A stretch of 64,000 nucleotides of DNA, taken from a virus. Lineage: Duplodnaviria; Caudoviricetes. Shown one piece after another: positions 46,316 through 56,033 of the stretch (positions are counted from its first letter, which is position 1; every line of letters starts with the position of its first letter). The notes below the pieces were generated by a model, which saw only the letters and a program-made list of their open reading frames with translations, ran no database searches and was not told where the DNA came from. The stretch spans positions 32,001 to 96,000 of the IMG/VR virus record IMGVR_UViG_3300037467_003067; one strand, written 5' to 3'. A program made the translations under genes and the position numbers.

Positions 46316-46870
46316 TTATTGGTTGGTCATAATTGATTTTAGAGCAGCTTCATAAGCGGCTTGCCATTGTGGTGGTAGCTCGTATTCGAGCGCCGCTTGT
46401 GGTGAGCCGCTTTCGACGATTGTATCGAGGATAATTTTGACGAGTTGGTGTAGTCGCTCTGTGTTGATGTTTGGGATAACGGCTTTGATTGCCTGCGTCA
46501 TCTTTGGGACATTGTAGAGGTTTTCTAGGTCTACGATGCGGTAGATCGGGGCTTGTCTGATACGGAGCATCCTGAGGGCTTCGAGCCGGTGTTGTCCTTC
46601 GACGACGTTGTTTTGGTCATCGACGATGAGTCGTTCGATGTATCCTTTGGGCGACTTGATCGCGGCGGCGAGGTCTTGGACTCGTTTTAGTTCTCTTGGG
46701 TCTCCGAGTCTGACACCACCTCGGAGTTGGCTTGTGGGTACGGTCTCGTTACCTTTTGCCATTCCGTAGTAGTAGCTGGCATCGATGATGTTTTGAACAT
46801 CGCATTGCGGTCGGATGACTCTGATGCTTTCGGTGAGCAGTTGATTTTCCAGCCATAGTTTGAATTGCAT
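46316..46870 (-). CDS. ParB/Srx-like domain protein with capsid-targeting-like N-terminus
   Basis: LIVD..VVEGQHRLEAL; starts MQFKLWLENQLLTES. Confidence 0.7.
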   Translation of the reverse strand: MQFKLWLENQLLTESIRVIRPQCDVQNIIDASYYYGMAKGNETVPTSQLRGGVRLGDPRELKRVQDLAAAIKSPKGYIERLIVDDQNNVVEGQHRLEALRMLRIRQAPIYRIVDLENLYNVPKMTQAIKAVIPNINTERLHQLVKIILDTIVESGSPQAALEYELPPQWQAAYEAALKSIMTNQ

Positions 46871-46883
46871 ATTAGTCTCCGTT

Positions 46884-48017
46884 TTACTCTTCACTGAAGT
46901 CTCGAAGCGGAATGAAGTTGACGCCGATGCTTGCTAGGTAGCCTCGGTTAGCTTGAACGAGGACCGTTTTGAAAGTGTCTTTCTGGGGATAGGACAGTTT
47001 TAGCTCGCCTTGTTGGTCCATTTGTTGTACTCGTTTTACATCGTCATCGGAGACCACGGTATAGCCATCGGTGTAGTACGTTTGCCCGTTGATAGTGAAT
47101 TGGAAGTATTCATCCATGGAGTATTCGGAAGTTTTCAGCGGCTCGATGGATTGGGCTTTGTTTCTTAAGGCGTATTTGAGTCCGAGCAATTTGGATTTGG
47201 ATTTATTGGTATCGAATCTTGCGCCGAGGAAGTTAGCTAGGTCGATAACGTAGTCATGATATTGCGGCTTGACTGCGGTGCTGCCTGCGCATTCGTCGCC
47301 ACTGATTCGTTTTTCATTTGGCGAATAGGTTACCATGACGTGCGGCTTGTTATTGGGTCCGAAGAGCGTGAGGATGGTACGGTCCTTGTCATGGCTCATG
47401 AGACCGACGCTGCCACAATTCGACATTTGCCTGGAGAGGAGCGCCGATCTCTCTCCGGTGTCGATCCACTTGAAGCCGTTGGGATAGACCTTGATGGGCG
47501 TAGTTTGGTCGAAGTGACGACGGCGGTCGTATTTGACGGCGGCGTCTTGGAAGTTCAGTTTCTTATACGGGGCGATGTCGGTGAGTTTACCGCTGGTGAT
47601 ATCCTGGATCAGTCCATAGTAGGTGAAGAACACATAGTCGAAGAATTTCTCATGAATCATCTTGACCAAACGTTGGCGTTGGTTATTGAGGAATTCTTGG
47701 TCGATTTCGTCATTTGGGAGTCGGTATTCCATTCTCTCGGCGGCTTGGCGGAATGTCTCTGGGTCTGTAGTGGCTTCGTAGAGATAGGTTAGTTCATAGA
47801 GCGACAGGTACTCTCTGGGGTTCCAGGTTATAATCCGCCACCAGTCTGGGTTTTCGGCTTGGGTTCCGATGGCTCGGTATTGCTTGTACCATTTGGCGAT
47901 GAGGGGCGCGAGCTTGCCGTATTTCTCGTAGAGAATCTTGGAGATGATCTCGGGGAATCCCATCCTGACTATGGTTTGTTTGGATTCTGTTAGGAGGAAC
48001 CAATTGGAAAATCGCAT
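46884..48017 (-). CDS. PcfJ-like domain protein with capsid-targeting-like N-terminus
   Basis: MSNCG..L...NKPHVMV..I..G...KPQY; starts MRFSNWFLLTES. Confidence 0.5.
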   Translation of the reverse strand: MRFSNWFLLTESKQTIVRMGFPEIISKILYEKYGKLAPLIAKWYKQYRAIGTQAENPDWWRIITWNPREYLSLYELTYLYEATTDPETFRQAAERMEYRLPNDEIDQEFLNNQRQRLVKMIHEKFFDYVFFTYYGLIQDITSGKLTDIAPYKKLNFQDAAVKYDRRRHFDQTTPIKVYPNGFKWIDTGERSALLSRQMSNCGSVGLMSHDKDRTILTLFGPNNKPHVMVTYSPNEKRISGDECAGSTAVKPQYHDYVIDLANFLGARFDTNKSKSKLLGLKYALRNKAQSIEPLKTSEYSMDEYFQFTINGQTYYTDGYTVVSDDDVKRVQQMDQQGELKLSYPQKDTFKTVLVQANRGYLASIGVNFIPLRDFSEE

Positions 48018-48021
48018 AAAG

Positions 48022-48028
48022 TATTTAG
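48022..48028 (-). promoter_or_regulatory. late-promoter-like box CTAAATA, 4 nt before ATG
   Basis: CTAAATA-CTTT-ATG. Confidence 0.6.
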
Positions 48029-48039
48029 TTGTTTTAGTT

Positions 48040-48768
48040 TCAAAGTTTGAAATAGGTGTGGATTGTTTCGCTTAACCTTTTTGGGTCAGGATTTTCCAGA
48101 CCAATTCCCATGCAGGGGATAGCGATTTCGTGATTTTGAAATACAGCGTGAAAGAAATTTGGTCGATAGATGGCGATATTCCTAACGCCGAGAATATTAC
48201 TGAGGTGGAGCATGGAGCTATCGATGCAGACAATGCCGGATGATCCTAGTAGAAATCTGGCGGCGTTGATCCAATTGAGTCGGATTTGAGGAACATCGAG
48301 ATAGGATGGGTCGTTGGGACCTCCTATTTGTGCTACTTTTCGATTTCCGAAGTCAATATTTTTCCAATGTTGGTATCTTTTAAATTCGTATATTGTATGG
48401 GGGTGGCAAAGGATGGCATTGTGCTTGGGGATGGTGCCGAGTCGGTTGATGGCTTGAATAGAGAGTGTATATCGGGAGGGGACATTTAATATGCGGGCAC
48501 ACTTATCCACATAACTTTCAGTCCAAGCAGAATGGCTGTTTTGTCCATGTATATTACAAGTGAAATCATTGATTTTGTAAGATTGAAATCCAATTTTTTC
48601 GACATTAGGCAGCAAGGTTTGGATGAGGATTCCAAATGAGCCATCATTAAGCCACCAGGACAGTTGTAACTGGATCGGCTCTGCGAATCTTTCGATCAGG
48701 GGCAGCCAAGCGATTGCATCTCCATAACTACCTCGCAAGACAAGTTGTTTCATGATGTGGGTTTCCAT
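48040..48768 (-). CDS. glycosyltransferase family 9-like protein
   Basis: GSYGD, QIGG and IDSSMLHLS; AT-rich. Confidence 0.6.
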   Translation of the reverse strand: METHIMKQLVLRGSYGDAIAWLPLIERFAEPIQLQLSWWLNDGSFGILIQTLLPNVEKIGFQSYKINDFTCNIHGQNSHSAWTESYVDKCARILNVPSRYTLSIQAINRLGTIPKHNAILCHPHTIYEFKRYQHWKNIDFGNRKVAQIGGPNDPSYLDVPQIRLNWINAARFLLGSSGIVCIDSSMLHLSNILGVRNIAIYRPNFFHAVFQNHEIAIPCMGIGLENPDPKRLSETIHTYFKL

Positions 48769-48810
48769 TCGGAAAATTACATAGAGTATTTAATTCTATA
48801 TAGTTGAAAT

Positions 48811-48817
48811 CTAAATA
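48811..48817 (+). promoter_or_regulatory. late-promoter-like box CTAAATA, 4 nt before ATG
   Basis: CTAAATA-GGAT-ATG. Confidence 0.6.
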
Positions 48818-48821
48818 GGAT

Positions 48822-49193
48822 ATGGATTTCAGGATGTGGCTGGTTGAGAGCGAAGGCGTGATCCATGTTCCGTTGTCTAAATTGGTCTTGACCAAGAGCG
48901 AGTTACAGGCGGCGGTAGAGAACATCACGCGGGGTTATCCGGCGATGACGGAAGGACCTGTTTTGGTCGTGGATATGGGGCGTGGTTTGTATCAGTTGGT
49001 GAATGGATATCACCGGCTGATACCGATGATGTTGTCTGGTGCTGACAGTGTACTGGCTTTGGTTGATGTGTCGGCTGGAAAGCGACCGTGGGGGCTTCCG
49101 ACACGGTCCGATCGGTTTCGCTATGATCCGTCTTTGCCTTACAAGGGTTTGGAGACGTTCTTGGAGCCATATATGTTGCGACGGCTTGGTTAA
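48822..49193 (+). CDS. ParB/Srx-like domain protein with capsid-targeting-like N-terminus
   Basis: PVLVV..YQLVNGYHR; starts MDFRMWLVESE. Confidence 0.65.
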   Translation: MDFRMWLVESEGVIHVPLSKLVLTKSELQAAVENITRGYPAMTEGPVLVVDMGRGLYQLVNGYHRLIPMMLSGADSVLALVDVSAGKRPWGLPTRSDRFRYDPSLPYKGLETFLEPYMLRRLG

Positions 49194-49318
49194 GTTGGAA
49201 TTCATGAAATAAAAGCGGAAACAAACTATTTGGTGGTGTTGGCGACGAAAAGAGTTTATTCGATAAATTCCGTAGGTTTTATTGTTTGTTCACATATTTT
49301 AATTAGGTATATGTTTTT

Positions 49319-52300
49319 ATGAGCTATGAATCAGTAATACTTACAGACTCGCCAGATGGTTGTTGGCCACTTGACGACGCTTCGGGGACATCCGCCCATG
49401 ACGTAAGTACGAGCAATCTTCCTGGTACATATACTGCCCCTTTTACACTCGGGCAAACAGGGCAAATTTCTGGTCATACGGCTGTCCATTTTGGAGATGG
49501 AGGGAAAGCCACATTTGATGGCAAGAGTTATGCAGCCAATGCTAATTACAGCCTTGAGGCATCATTTTATTTGTCTCAGGTGATAGCTACTGATCTTACA
49601 GTATCATTGATTTCAGTCGGTGTTCCTAATGTCGTGCTTTTCGATTCAGCACGAATTGCAGTTCGTGAGGTAGGTGGAAATGGAGATATTCTCCTGGTCG
49701 GATCTGGCGTGCAGCTTGGTTGGAACCATCTAATTCTAACAGTAGATAGCGGAAAGGTATTTACACTTTATCTCAACGGTACACAAGTAGGGTCGCATTC
49801 AGGAACAGCAACATATACAGATAGTAGCATAAAAGTTGGAGGCAATACTGGTGTAAATTTTGGTTATGCCGACACTTTTCAGTATGCCGTCCATTATCCA
49901 ACAGCATTGAGTTCGACTCAGGTCACTAACCATTACAATGCGTTCATCACACAGCCTCCTGGAATACCAACGGGTTTGACCGTTATACCTGGAGACACAC
50001 AGGCATCTTTAAGTTGGACTGCAACAACCGGAGCGACAAGTTATAACATTTATCGCTCAACCACGAGTGGTGCGGAAGTACAGATTCAGACTGGTGTTTC
50101 GACCAATTCATATAATGACACAGGATTAACCAACGGCACAACTTATTATTACAAAATCAATGCAGCCAATACCGCTGGTGAGAGTGGTTTATCGAGTGAA
50201 GTTAGTGTGGTTCCTACTAGTGTTGCTAGTCTTTATACAGTAGTTCCAGCGTCATCTAGTTTATCGCCAGGCGCAACTGATGTGTTCACCTTTACCCCAA
50301 ATGGCAATACTACAGTTACAGTGACTCCCTCTGTAACTGGAGGTGGTTCATTCAGCCCATCGACCATTACGTTTGACGGTGCGGGTTCATCCGAAACTTC
50401 GACATTTACAGCCCCGACAAGCGGCTCTACAGTAACGATTTCGTATACGAACTCGGGATCACTCACTGACCCTGGAGATACTACGCTTACCATTCTAACG
50501 CCATCGATTAGTGCTCCGACAGCAACATTGGTCTTGGCGGGTGCTGTCGTATTGACTTGTCCGATGGCAACAGGTGGAGCGCCTCCATATCGAACTTACC
50601 AATTCCAACGGTCTGATGATGATTCTACGTTTACGAACATAGGAACTGGAGATGTTCACAGAAAGTATACGGATATCACAGTTAGTGCTTCTACAACTTA
50701 CTATTATCGTGTTCTAGTGACTGACGATGGTGGTGGTAGCAATTGGTCTTCATCGATTTCGATTGCGACACCAGCTTCTACGGCAGGTAATACGATTCAG
50801 TGGTTGCCCGATGAAGTGTCTCATGCCACTGATTTGGCAGTTGCGAATGATGTTATACAATGGCAGTCGCTTAAGTCATATTTGGATTCTAGGCTAAATG
50901 AACCAGTCTCCAGTTACATATATTCAAACTATCAAGGTAGCGATTTAGATGCTGCTGCCAATAACGCTCTAGCTTACATCTCCTTGGTTGGGACTGATTC
51001 CACAACTGCTCAAACTTATGCGGACAAGGCAATCGCTGCCATGTTGAATGGTGCGACTGGCATTCAGCGGACTTTTTATTCGTGCATTCAGTTTAACGCT
51101 AGAGGTGATGGGACCACAACAACGTTTACCATTCCAAACTCGGATTACCTCTCAGCTTCTCTCAAGGTATTTCTAGTTCCTGTTGTAACCGAGACGATTA
51201 CAAAAGGATCAGATAATGGACAAGATTCATCTAATCTTGCAGGGGCAGTTTTTATAAAGGTATCTAACACAAATGACGGTCCGTCCGATTATATCAAGGA
51301 TACGGATTGGCAACAAGATACTTTTAATTATAGAGAAGATAAAATCGATTGGTCGTTAGCACAGAGTCAACCGATCACAGGCAGCACCTATTATTTGACT
51401 TCTGTTGATCTTGCTTCTACTGGCAATAAACTTACAAGTGGATTTACTGTCAGTGGCAATACAATTACCTTTGATACTCCTCCCGCAACGAACCAAGCGG
51501 TCTGTTTGGAATATGTCTATGGCACACATGCAGGTAATTATTCTACTTTAGCTTATCAGCAGACAACGAGTGGAAATGGTGGGGTATCTAATGCATGGGT
51601 AGATGGTCCTGGCTATGTCACTCGTTCGTTGCAATACATAGCCTACGCTTATGATTGGATGTGGAACTATCCAGGATTTTCTTGGGCGTTAAAAGCACAG
51701 ATTGGTAGTGTATTGGTAAAGTGGTCGGATTTTGCTAGAGACACAGCTTATGCTGCGAATGCTCCAGCGAGCAACTATGGTGCTGGTCACATCGCCATGC
51801 GAACAGCGATTGCTTTAGCTCTCAAAAATAGAGAATCTGTTAATTCGAGTCGCTTGCTGACCGAAGTCACCGACTATTACACCAATCTCGTCAAGCCAAC
51901 ACTTGCTGCCCCAACCGGAACTGTCGGTAGTAACAAAGATGGTTTTTGGTCGGAAGGCTGGAATTACGGAGCATGGGCGACAGAGAACATCATTTTGGCG
52001 GCTCTAGGAGCCGAAGAAGCTGGACTATACACGCCGACCGATGTCCACGCTTGGAGCAACGAAGTCATTCGTGCTTTGATAATTCAACAACCTACACAAA
52101 CTACAATTTTGGATGCTGGAGACGGCTACCAGTATCCTGAGCCATTCCCGTCTAAAGCAATATTGTATTTCACGAGTTATTATGCTACAGACACCACTTT
52201 GAAGTCATATGCGAACTATATGATTCAAAATTATACAGGGTCGCAAATAAGTGGTTTCAGGGATGTTATGTTCCGAGATCCATCGGCAACTGCTGCATCT

Positions 52301-54487
52301 TGGGGGTCAAGTTTACCTACCGCTTACAAGTTTAGCGGTACAGGGGTGATAATTTCCAGGAAGGCGTGGGATTACACTTCTACTTGGCTTGCTTTTCATG
52401 CTGGCAATTTGACAGGTGCGGCCCATCAACCTTATGGACAAGGATCATATGAAGTATGGAGGGGAGGCGACGATCTTATTCCTTTGGTTGATGCTCTTAC
52501 TGAAGTACAAAGCATTCAAGGTAAATCTCAATATGGTAGCGGGATTCTAGTTGACGATTTTGGTGCTGGTTACATGACATATCCTAGCACCAATCAAGGT
52601 CCGGCTATGGGCGTTTGGTATTCCGGTCCTAATGGTTGCCAAATTACCAAATTTGAAGATACCACTGGTTATTCTTATTGGGCTGCTGATTATGGAGCGG
52701 CATATGGTCATGATTCGTCAGGAGTTCCAAATCCAACAACGGAACTCAATCGTTCCCAACTCTACGTCAGAGGATCTAGTGGTACAGATTACTTGATCAC
52801 ACATGACCGTGTAACTACGGTTCAGGCAACATTCCTGAAACAATATCAGTTCCCGATCAATCCGGCGTCTACGATTGATCAGACTGGCACTTCGGTCACG
52901 ATTACGAGGGGAACGTCTACCTTATTCTCCAAAGTCTTCTCGGATGTACCGTTAACGACATCGCTTAACACATTGTCAATTAATGGCGGAACAAATAACT
53001 GCAAGCAATTCACTGCGGCTCCGACTACAAACGATAATGTCAAAGTCAGGTATCGCACTGCGATGCAGATTTCGCCTTCATCGGTAGTATCACCTGATAC
53101 CATGACGGATATTCTTTCGACCGATACTGTTTCCGAAGGAGTCATGATCGGAAATACGGTAACGATGTTCGGAGTTGATGGAGCGATCTCTGGAGACACT
53201 AGCTATAGTCACACAGCGACGAATGGTGAAACCGTTACTCATTATGTGACCGATCTCCAAGCCGATACGACCTATTACTTGACAGGTGCCGACCAAGCTT
53301 CTACGACATCAACATCAAATGGAGTGGCGTCGTTTACCAGCACGGGGACAGGTAGTTCACAGGCAATTGCTCTGTCGCTTACACCTCCTTCTGGCGTTCC
53401 TGCTGCGCCTACAGGATTGTCGGTAACGGCTGGTGATGCTCAAGTTGACTTGAGTTGGACTGCTTCGGCTGGCGCTACCAGTTATAATATTTATCGGTCT
53501 ACATCGAGCGGCACTGAGGTTCAAGTTCACACTGGTGTTTCGACGAACTCGTATAGTGATACTGGTTTGACGAATGGTACGACCTATTACTACAAGATTA
53601 GTGCGGTTAATGCTTTTGGCGAGAGTAGTCTATCGAGTGAAGATAGTGCGACTCCTGAAGTGCCTGGTTCGGCACCTTCATCACCTACAGGATTGTCGGC
53701 AACGGCTGGTGATGCTCAAATCGACTTGAGTTGGACTGTTGTTGCCGGTGCTACCAGTTATAATATTTATCGGTCTACATCGAGCGGCACTGAGGTTCAA
53801 GTTCACACTGGAGTTTCGACGAACTCGTATAGTGATACTGGTTTGACGAATGGTACGACCTATTACTACAAGATTAGTGCGGTTAATGCTTTTGGCGAGA
53901 GTAGTCTATCGAGCGAAGATAGTACAACTCCAGTTGAAGCGGCTGTATACACCCTTGTCGCACCTGCTCCCAACTATTCTATGACGGCTGTAACCTCTGG
54001 GGAATTTGCCGTAACGGTCTCTGGTGAGCTATTGAAAGATTTGGTCATTATTCCTCATGATGACGGACATCATGGAACGTTTTCACCTAGGAGAATCACT
54101 TTAACCAATGCTTCTCCTTCGACGACATTCACCTACACGCCAAGACAATGGGGAACATTCAGCATTTCGACCACCAATGACGGCGGTTTGGTTGATCCGC
54201 CTTCGGTCGAATATATCGGTCTGTTTAGGGATGCGAATGAAGGGATTCATCCCAAGATTACTTTCCGAGTAAAGACCGCATTTGATTTTGCCTTGGAATC
54301 TGCACCTTTGTTTGATAGAGCAACACAGACATATCAATTGGGATTAACGACTTATTATATCCCAGAACATCCAATAGCATTGCGTCCAGGTGACACCTTT
54401 ACGCTTTATGGAGTTGAGGCGATTCGAGTGAAAAGAAATCATATCGGAGTACCCAACTCGTTCTTGGAAATCGTATCTGAAGTTTGA
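49319..54487 (+). CDS. 1722-aa virion fibre/adhesin: LamG, FN3, heparinase II/III-like lyase module, FN3 x2, shared C-terminal module
   Basis: WPLDD..WNHL..LYLNG (LamG), FN3 LSW..YNIYR..TYYY, SNY..H, EGWNYG, DAGD and HDRV. Confidence 0.75.
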   Translation: MSYESVILTDSPDGCWPLDDASGTSAHDVSTSNLPGTYTAPFTLGQTGQISGHTAVHFGDGGKATFDGKSYAANANYSLEASFYLSQVIATDLTVSLISVGVPNVVLFDSARIAVREVGGNGDILLVGSGVQLGWNHLILTVDSGKVFTLYLNGTQVGSHSGTATYTDSSIKVGGNTGVNFGYADTFQYAVHYPTALSSTQVTNHYNAFITQPPGIPTGLTVIPGDTQASLSWTATTGATSYNIYRSTTSGAEVQIQTGVSTNSYNDTGLTNGTTYYYKINAANTAGESGLSSEVSVVPTSVASLYTVVPASSSLSPGATDVFTFTPNGNTTVTVTPSVTGGGSFSPSTITFDGAGSSETSTFTAPTSGSTVTISYTNSGSLTDPGDTTLTILTPSISAPTATLVLAGAVVLTCPMATGGAPPYRTYQFQRSDDDSTFTNIGTGDVHRKYTDITVSASTTYYYRVLVTDDGGGSNWSSSISIATPASTAGNTIQWLPDEVSHATDLAVANDVIQWQSLKSYLDSRLNEPVSSYIYSNYQGSDLDAAANNALAYISLVGTDSTTAQTYADKAIAAMLNGATGIQRTFYSCIQFNARGDGTTTTFTIPNSDYLSASLKVFLVPVVTETITKGSDNGQDSSNLAGAVFIKVSNTNDGPSDYIKDTDWQQDTFNYREDKIDWSLAQSQPITGSTYYLTSVDLASTGNKLTSGFTVSGNTITFDTPPATNQAVCLEYVYGTHAGNYSTLAYQQTTSGNGGVSNAWVDGPGYVTRSLQYIAYAYDWMWNYPGFSWALKAQIGSVLVKWSDFARDTAYAANAPASNYGAGHIAMRTAIALALKNRESVNSSRLLTEVTDYYTNLVKPTLAAPTGTVGSNKDGFWSEGWNYGAWATENIILAALGAEEAGLYTPTDVHAWSNEVIRALIIQQPTQTTILDAGDGYQYPEPFPSKAILYFTSYYATDTTLKSYANYMIQNYTGSQISGFRDVMFRDPSATAASWGSSLPTAYKFSGTGVIISRKAWDYTSTWLAFHAGNLTGAAHQPYGQGSYEVWRGGDDLIPLVDALTEVQSIQGKSQYGSGILVDDFGAGYMTYPSTNQGPAMGVWYSGPNGCQITKFEDTTGYSYWAADYGAAYGHDSSGVPNPTTELNRSQLYVRGSSGTDYLITHDRVTTVQATFLKQYQFPINPASTIDQTGTSVTITRGTSTLFSKVFSDVPLTTSLNTLSINGGTNNCKQFTAAPTTNDNVKVRYRTAMQISPSSVVSPDTMTDILSTDTVSEGVMIGNTVTMFGVDGAISGDTSYSHTATNGETVTHYVTDLQADTTYYLTGADQASTTSTSNGVASFTSTGTGSSQAIALSLTPPSGVPAAPTGLSVTAGDAQVDLSWTASAGATSYNIYRSTSSGTEVQVHTGVSTNSYSDTGLTNGTTYYYKISAVNAFGESSLSSEDSATPEVPGSAPSSPTGLSATAGDAQIDLSWTVVAGATSYNIYRSTSSGTEVQVHTGVSTNSYSDTGLTNGTTYYYKISAVNAFGESSLSSEDSTTPVEAAVYTLVAPAPNYSMTAVTSGEFAVTVSGELLKDLVIIPHDDGHHGTFSPRRITLTNASPSTTFTYTPRQWGTFSISTTNDGGLVDPPSVEYIGLFRDANEGIHPKITFRVKTAFDFALESAPLFDRATQTYQLGLTTYYIPEHPIALRPGDTFTLYGVEAIRVKRNHIGVPNSFLEIVSEV
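53408..53923 (+). repeat. near-identical tandem FN3 repeat (period 276 bp)
   Basis: 53408-53647 versus 53684-53923; a more diverged copy lies near 49960-50210. Confidence 0.9.
53948..54487 (+). repeat. 540-bp shared C-terminal module, copy 2
   Basis: Colinear with copies 1 and 3. Confidence 0.9.
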
Positions 54488-54513
54488 AATAAAGCAATTA
54501 AAAATGCAATAGA

Positions 54514-54556
54514 AACCCCCTCAAGACCAGATTCAATATCTGGTCTTGAGGGGGTT
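54514..54556. terminator. hairpin terminator between convergent genes
   Basis: AACCCCCTCAAGACCAGAT..ATCTGGTCTTGAGGGGGTT. Confidence 0.8.
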
Positions 54557-54560
54557 GATT

Positions 54561-54995
54561 TCAACCTTCAGGGATCGATTCGAAGTCAACCGGTGGAATC
54601 GTCGTGCCGTGGTTCCAGGCTTTCTGCAGCCGTGTGATCCAATCGGTCATGAGCGATTGCTCATTCTCAGTTGGGCGGTCGTGCTGGTCGAGGAACCTGG
54701 GCGGGAGAGGGTTCGGTTCGTGGAGGTAACAGAAGATCGAGTACCCGGCGTCTCTTGCAGCCGACTCCGGACCCGATGCCCAGAAGTTGAGCCACTTGGA
54801 GAAGCGTCGGAGCAGGTCGAGCGGGAGGAAGTGATCGACGAAGATCGCCTGTTCGAGTTGATCGACCAGGGTTGCCGCTCGGCGATATTTGGCACGCAAC
54901 TTCGCGAGTCGGTCGTGGATCGCGTGCGTTCTGAAGTGCGGGGAAGGGGGAACGAGTCCCACGATTCCATCGCGACGGACGAGAGGCCAGTTCAC
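54561..54995 (-). CDS. hypothetical early protein
   Basis: GTG start after AGGAG; GC-rich; has its own promoter. Confidence 0.55.
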   Translation of the reverse strand: MNWPLVRRDGIVGLVPPSPHFRTHAIHDRLAKLRAKYRRAATLVDQLEQAIFVDHFLPLDLLRRFSKWLNFWASGPESAARDAGYSIFCYLHEPNPLPPRFLDQHDRPTENEQSLMTDWITRLQKAWNHGTTIPPVDFESIPEG

Positions 54996-55071
54996 TGGCT
55001 GTCTCCTAATCTGAGATATCAAAGAGCGTGATCCCACGTGGTTGTGGGTACTGGATTGTTCCAGTGAGCTT

Positions 55072-55100
55072 ATTGTATTGCCGTAGATTTGGAATGTCAA
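55072..55100 (-). promoter_or_regulatory. strong sigma70-type promoter
   Basis: TTGACA-17-TACAAT. Confidence 0.75.
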
Positions 55101-55140
55101 CTAAAAATCTTGGGCTTAAACGGATTGTCCCTTACGGGAC

Positions 55141-55170
55141 CAAAACAGGGGGGCTAGCCCCCCTGTTTTG
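55141..55170. repeat. perfect 30-bp palindrome / terminator-like hairpin
   Basis: CAAAACAGGGGGGCT|AGCCCCCCTGTTTTG. Confidence 0.85.
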
Positions 55171-55243
55171 TTATCTGGGTTAAACATTATATTTTATGCA
55201 TACGAATATATATCATAGATTCTTCACGGGAGTATATAATTCT

Positions 55244-55987
55244 ATGGCAGACAATACAATAATTCAATCACCGTCCAGTGCCGGAGATACGATTTCTACG
55301 GAAGATATTGGCGGTGGTGTAAAAATATCGAGAAGCAAAATCGCCATCGGCAATCATGGAACCGATGGTGGCGATGTTACTACTTCGAATCCCTTTCCAG
55401 TGACGGTCGTTGATGGGACTAGCAATGTCGTTGCTACCGGCAACGTTGCTGGTGCCGCGTCTGATTCGGGAAATCCGGTTAAGATAGGAGCAGTTTATAA
55501 TTCTGTTGCCCCAACGTACACCACTGGACAGAGAGCGGATTTACAAACCGACAGCCATGGCAATCTACAAGTAGCTATGGCGACCAAATTAGATCCGGCT
55601 AATGACGGCGTCAGCGCTCGGATGATGAGCGGCGTCTTGTCAGATTCATCGAATAATTCGGTAGTCGTACAAACCGCATTTGGCACATTCAGTTCCAGTG
55701 GCGCAAATTCTTTGGTCTCTGGTGTTTCTGGGAAACAAGTAACGGTATTGGCGTATAGGATACAAGCGACAAATGCTGCATCTGCGACAAATACTGTCAA
55801 GTTCGTTGACACAGCAGGCACTCCAGCAACGGTCTCAATGTCATGGGATCTGAATGCTCGTGAAGGTGTTGTCGCTACTGCGCCAGCCGGGTCATTCGAG
55901 TTCAAGACCGGAACTGGCTTAGGTCTTCAATTAAATCTTTCTGCTGCTCAACCACTGAATGTAATGATCCAATACGTTCAGTTTTGA
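55244..55987 (+). CDS. putative virion structural protein
   Basis: Ser/Thr/Gly-rich beta protein; GTATATA 5 nt before ATG 55244. Confidence 0.6.
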   Translation: MADNTIIQSPSSAGDTISTEDIGGGVKISRSKIAIGNHGTDGGDVTTSNPFPVTVVDGTSNVVATGNVAGAASDSGNPVKIGAVYNSVAPTYTTGQRADLQTDSHGNLQVAMATKLDPANDGVSARMMSGVLSDSSNNSVVVQTAFGTFSSSGANSLVSGVSGKQVTVLAYRIQATNAASATNTVKFVDTAGTPATVSMSWDLNAREGVVATAPAGSFEFKTGTGLGLQLNLSAAQPLNVMIQYVQF

Positions 55988-56033
55988 TTATGATTAAAAT
56001 TCGAATTGATATAAGAACGAGGAAAGGCTAGTT

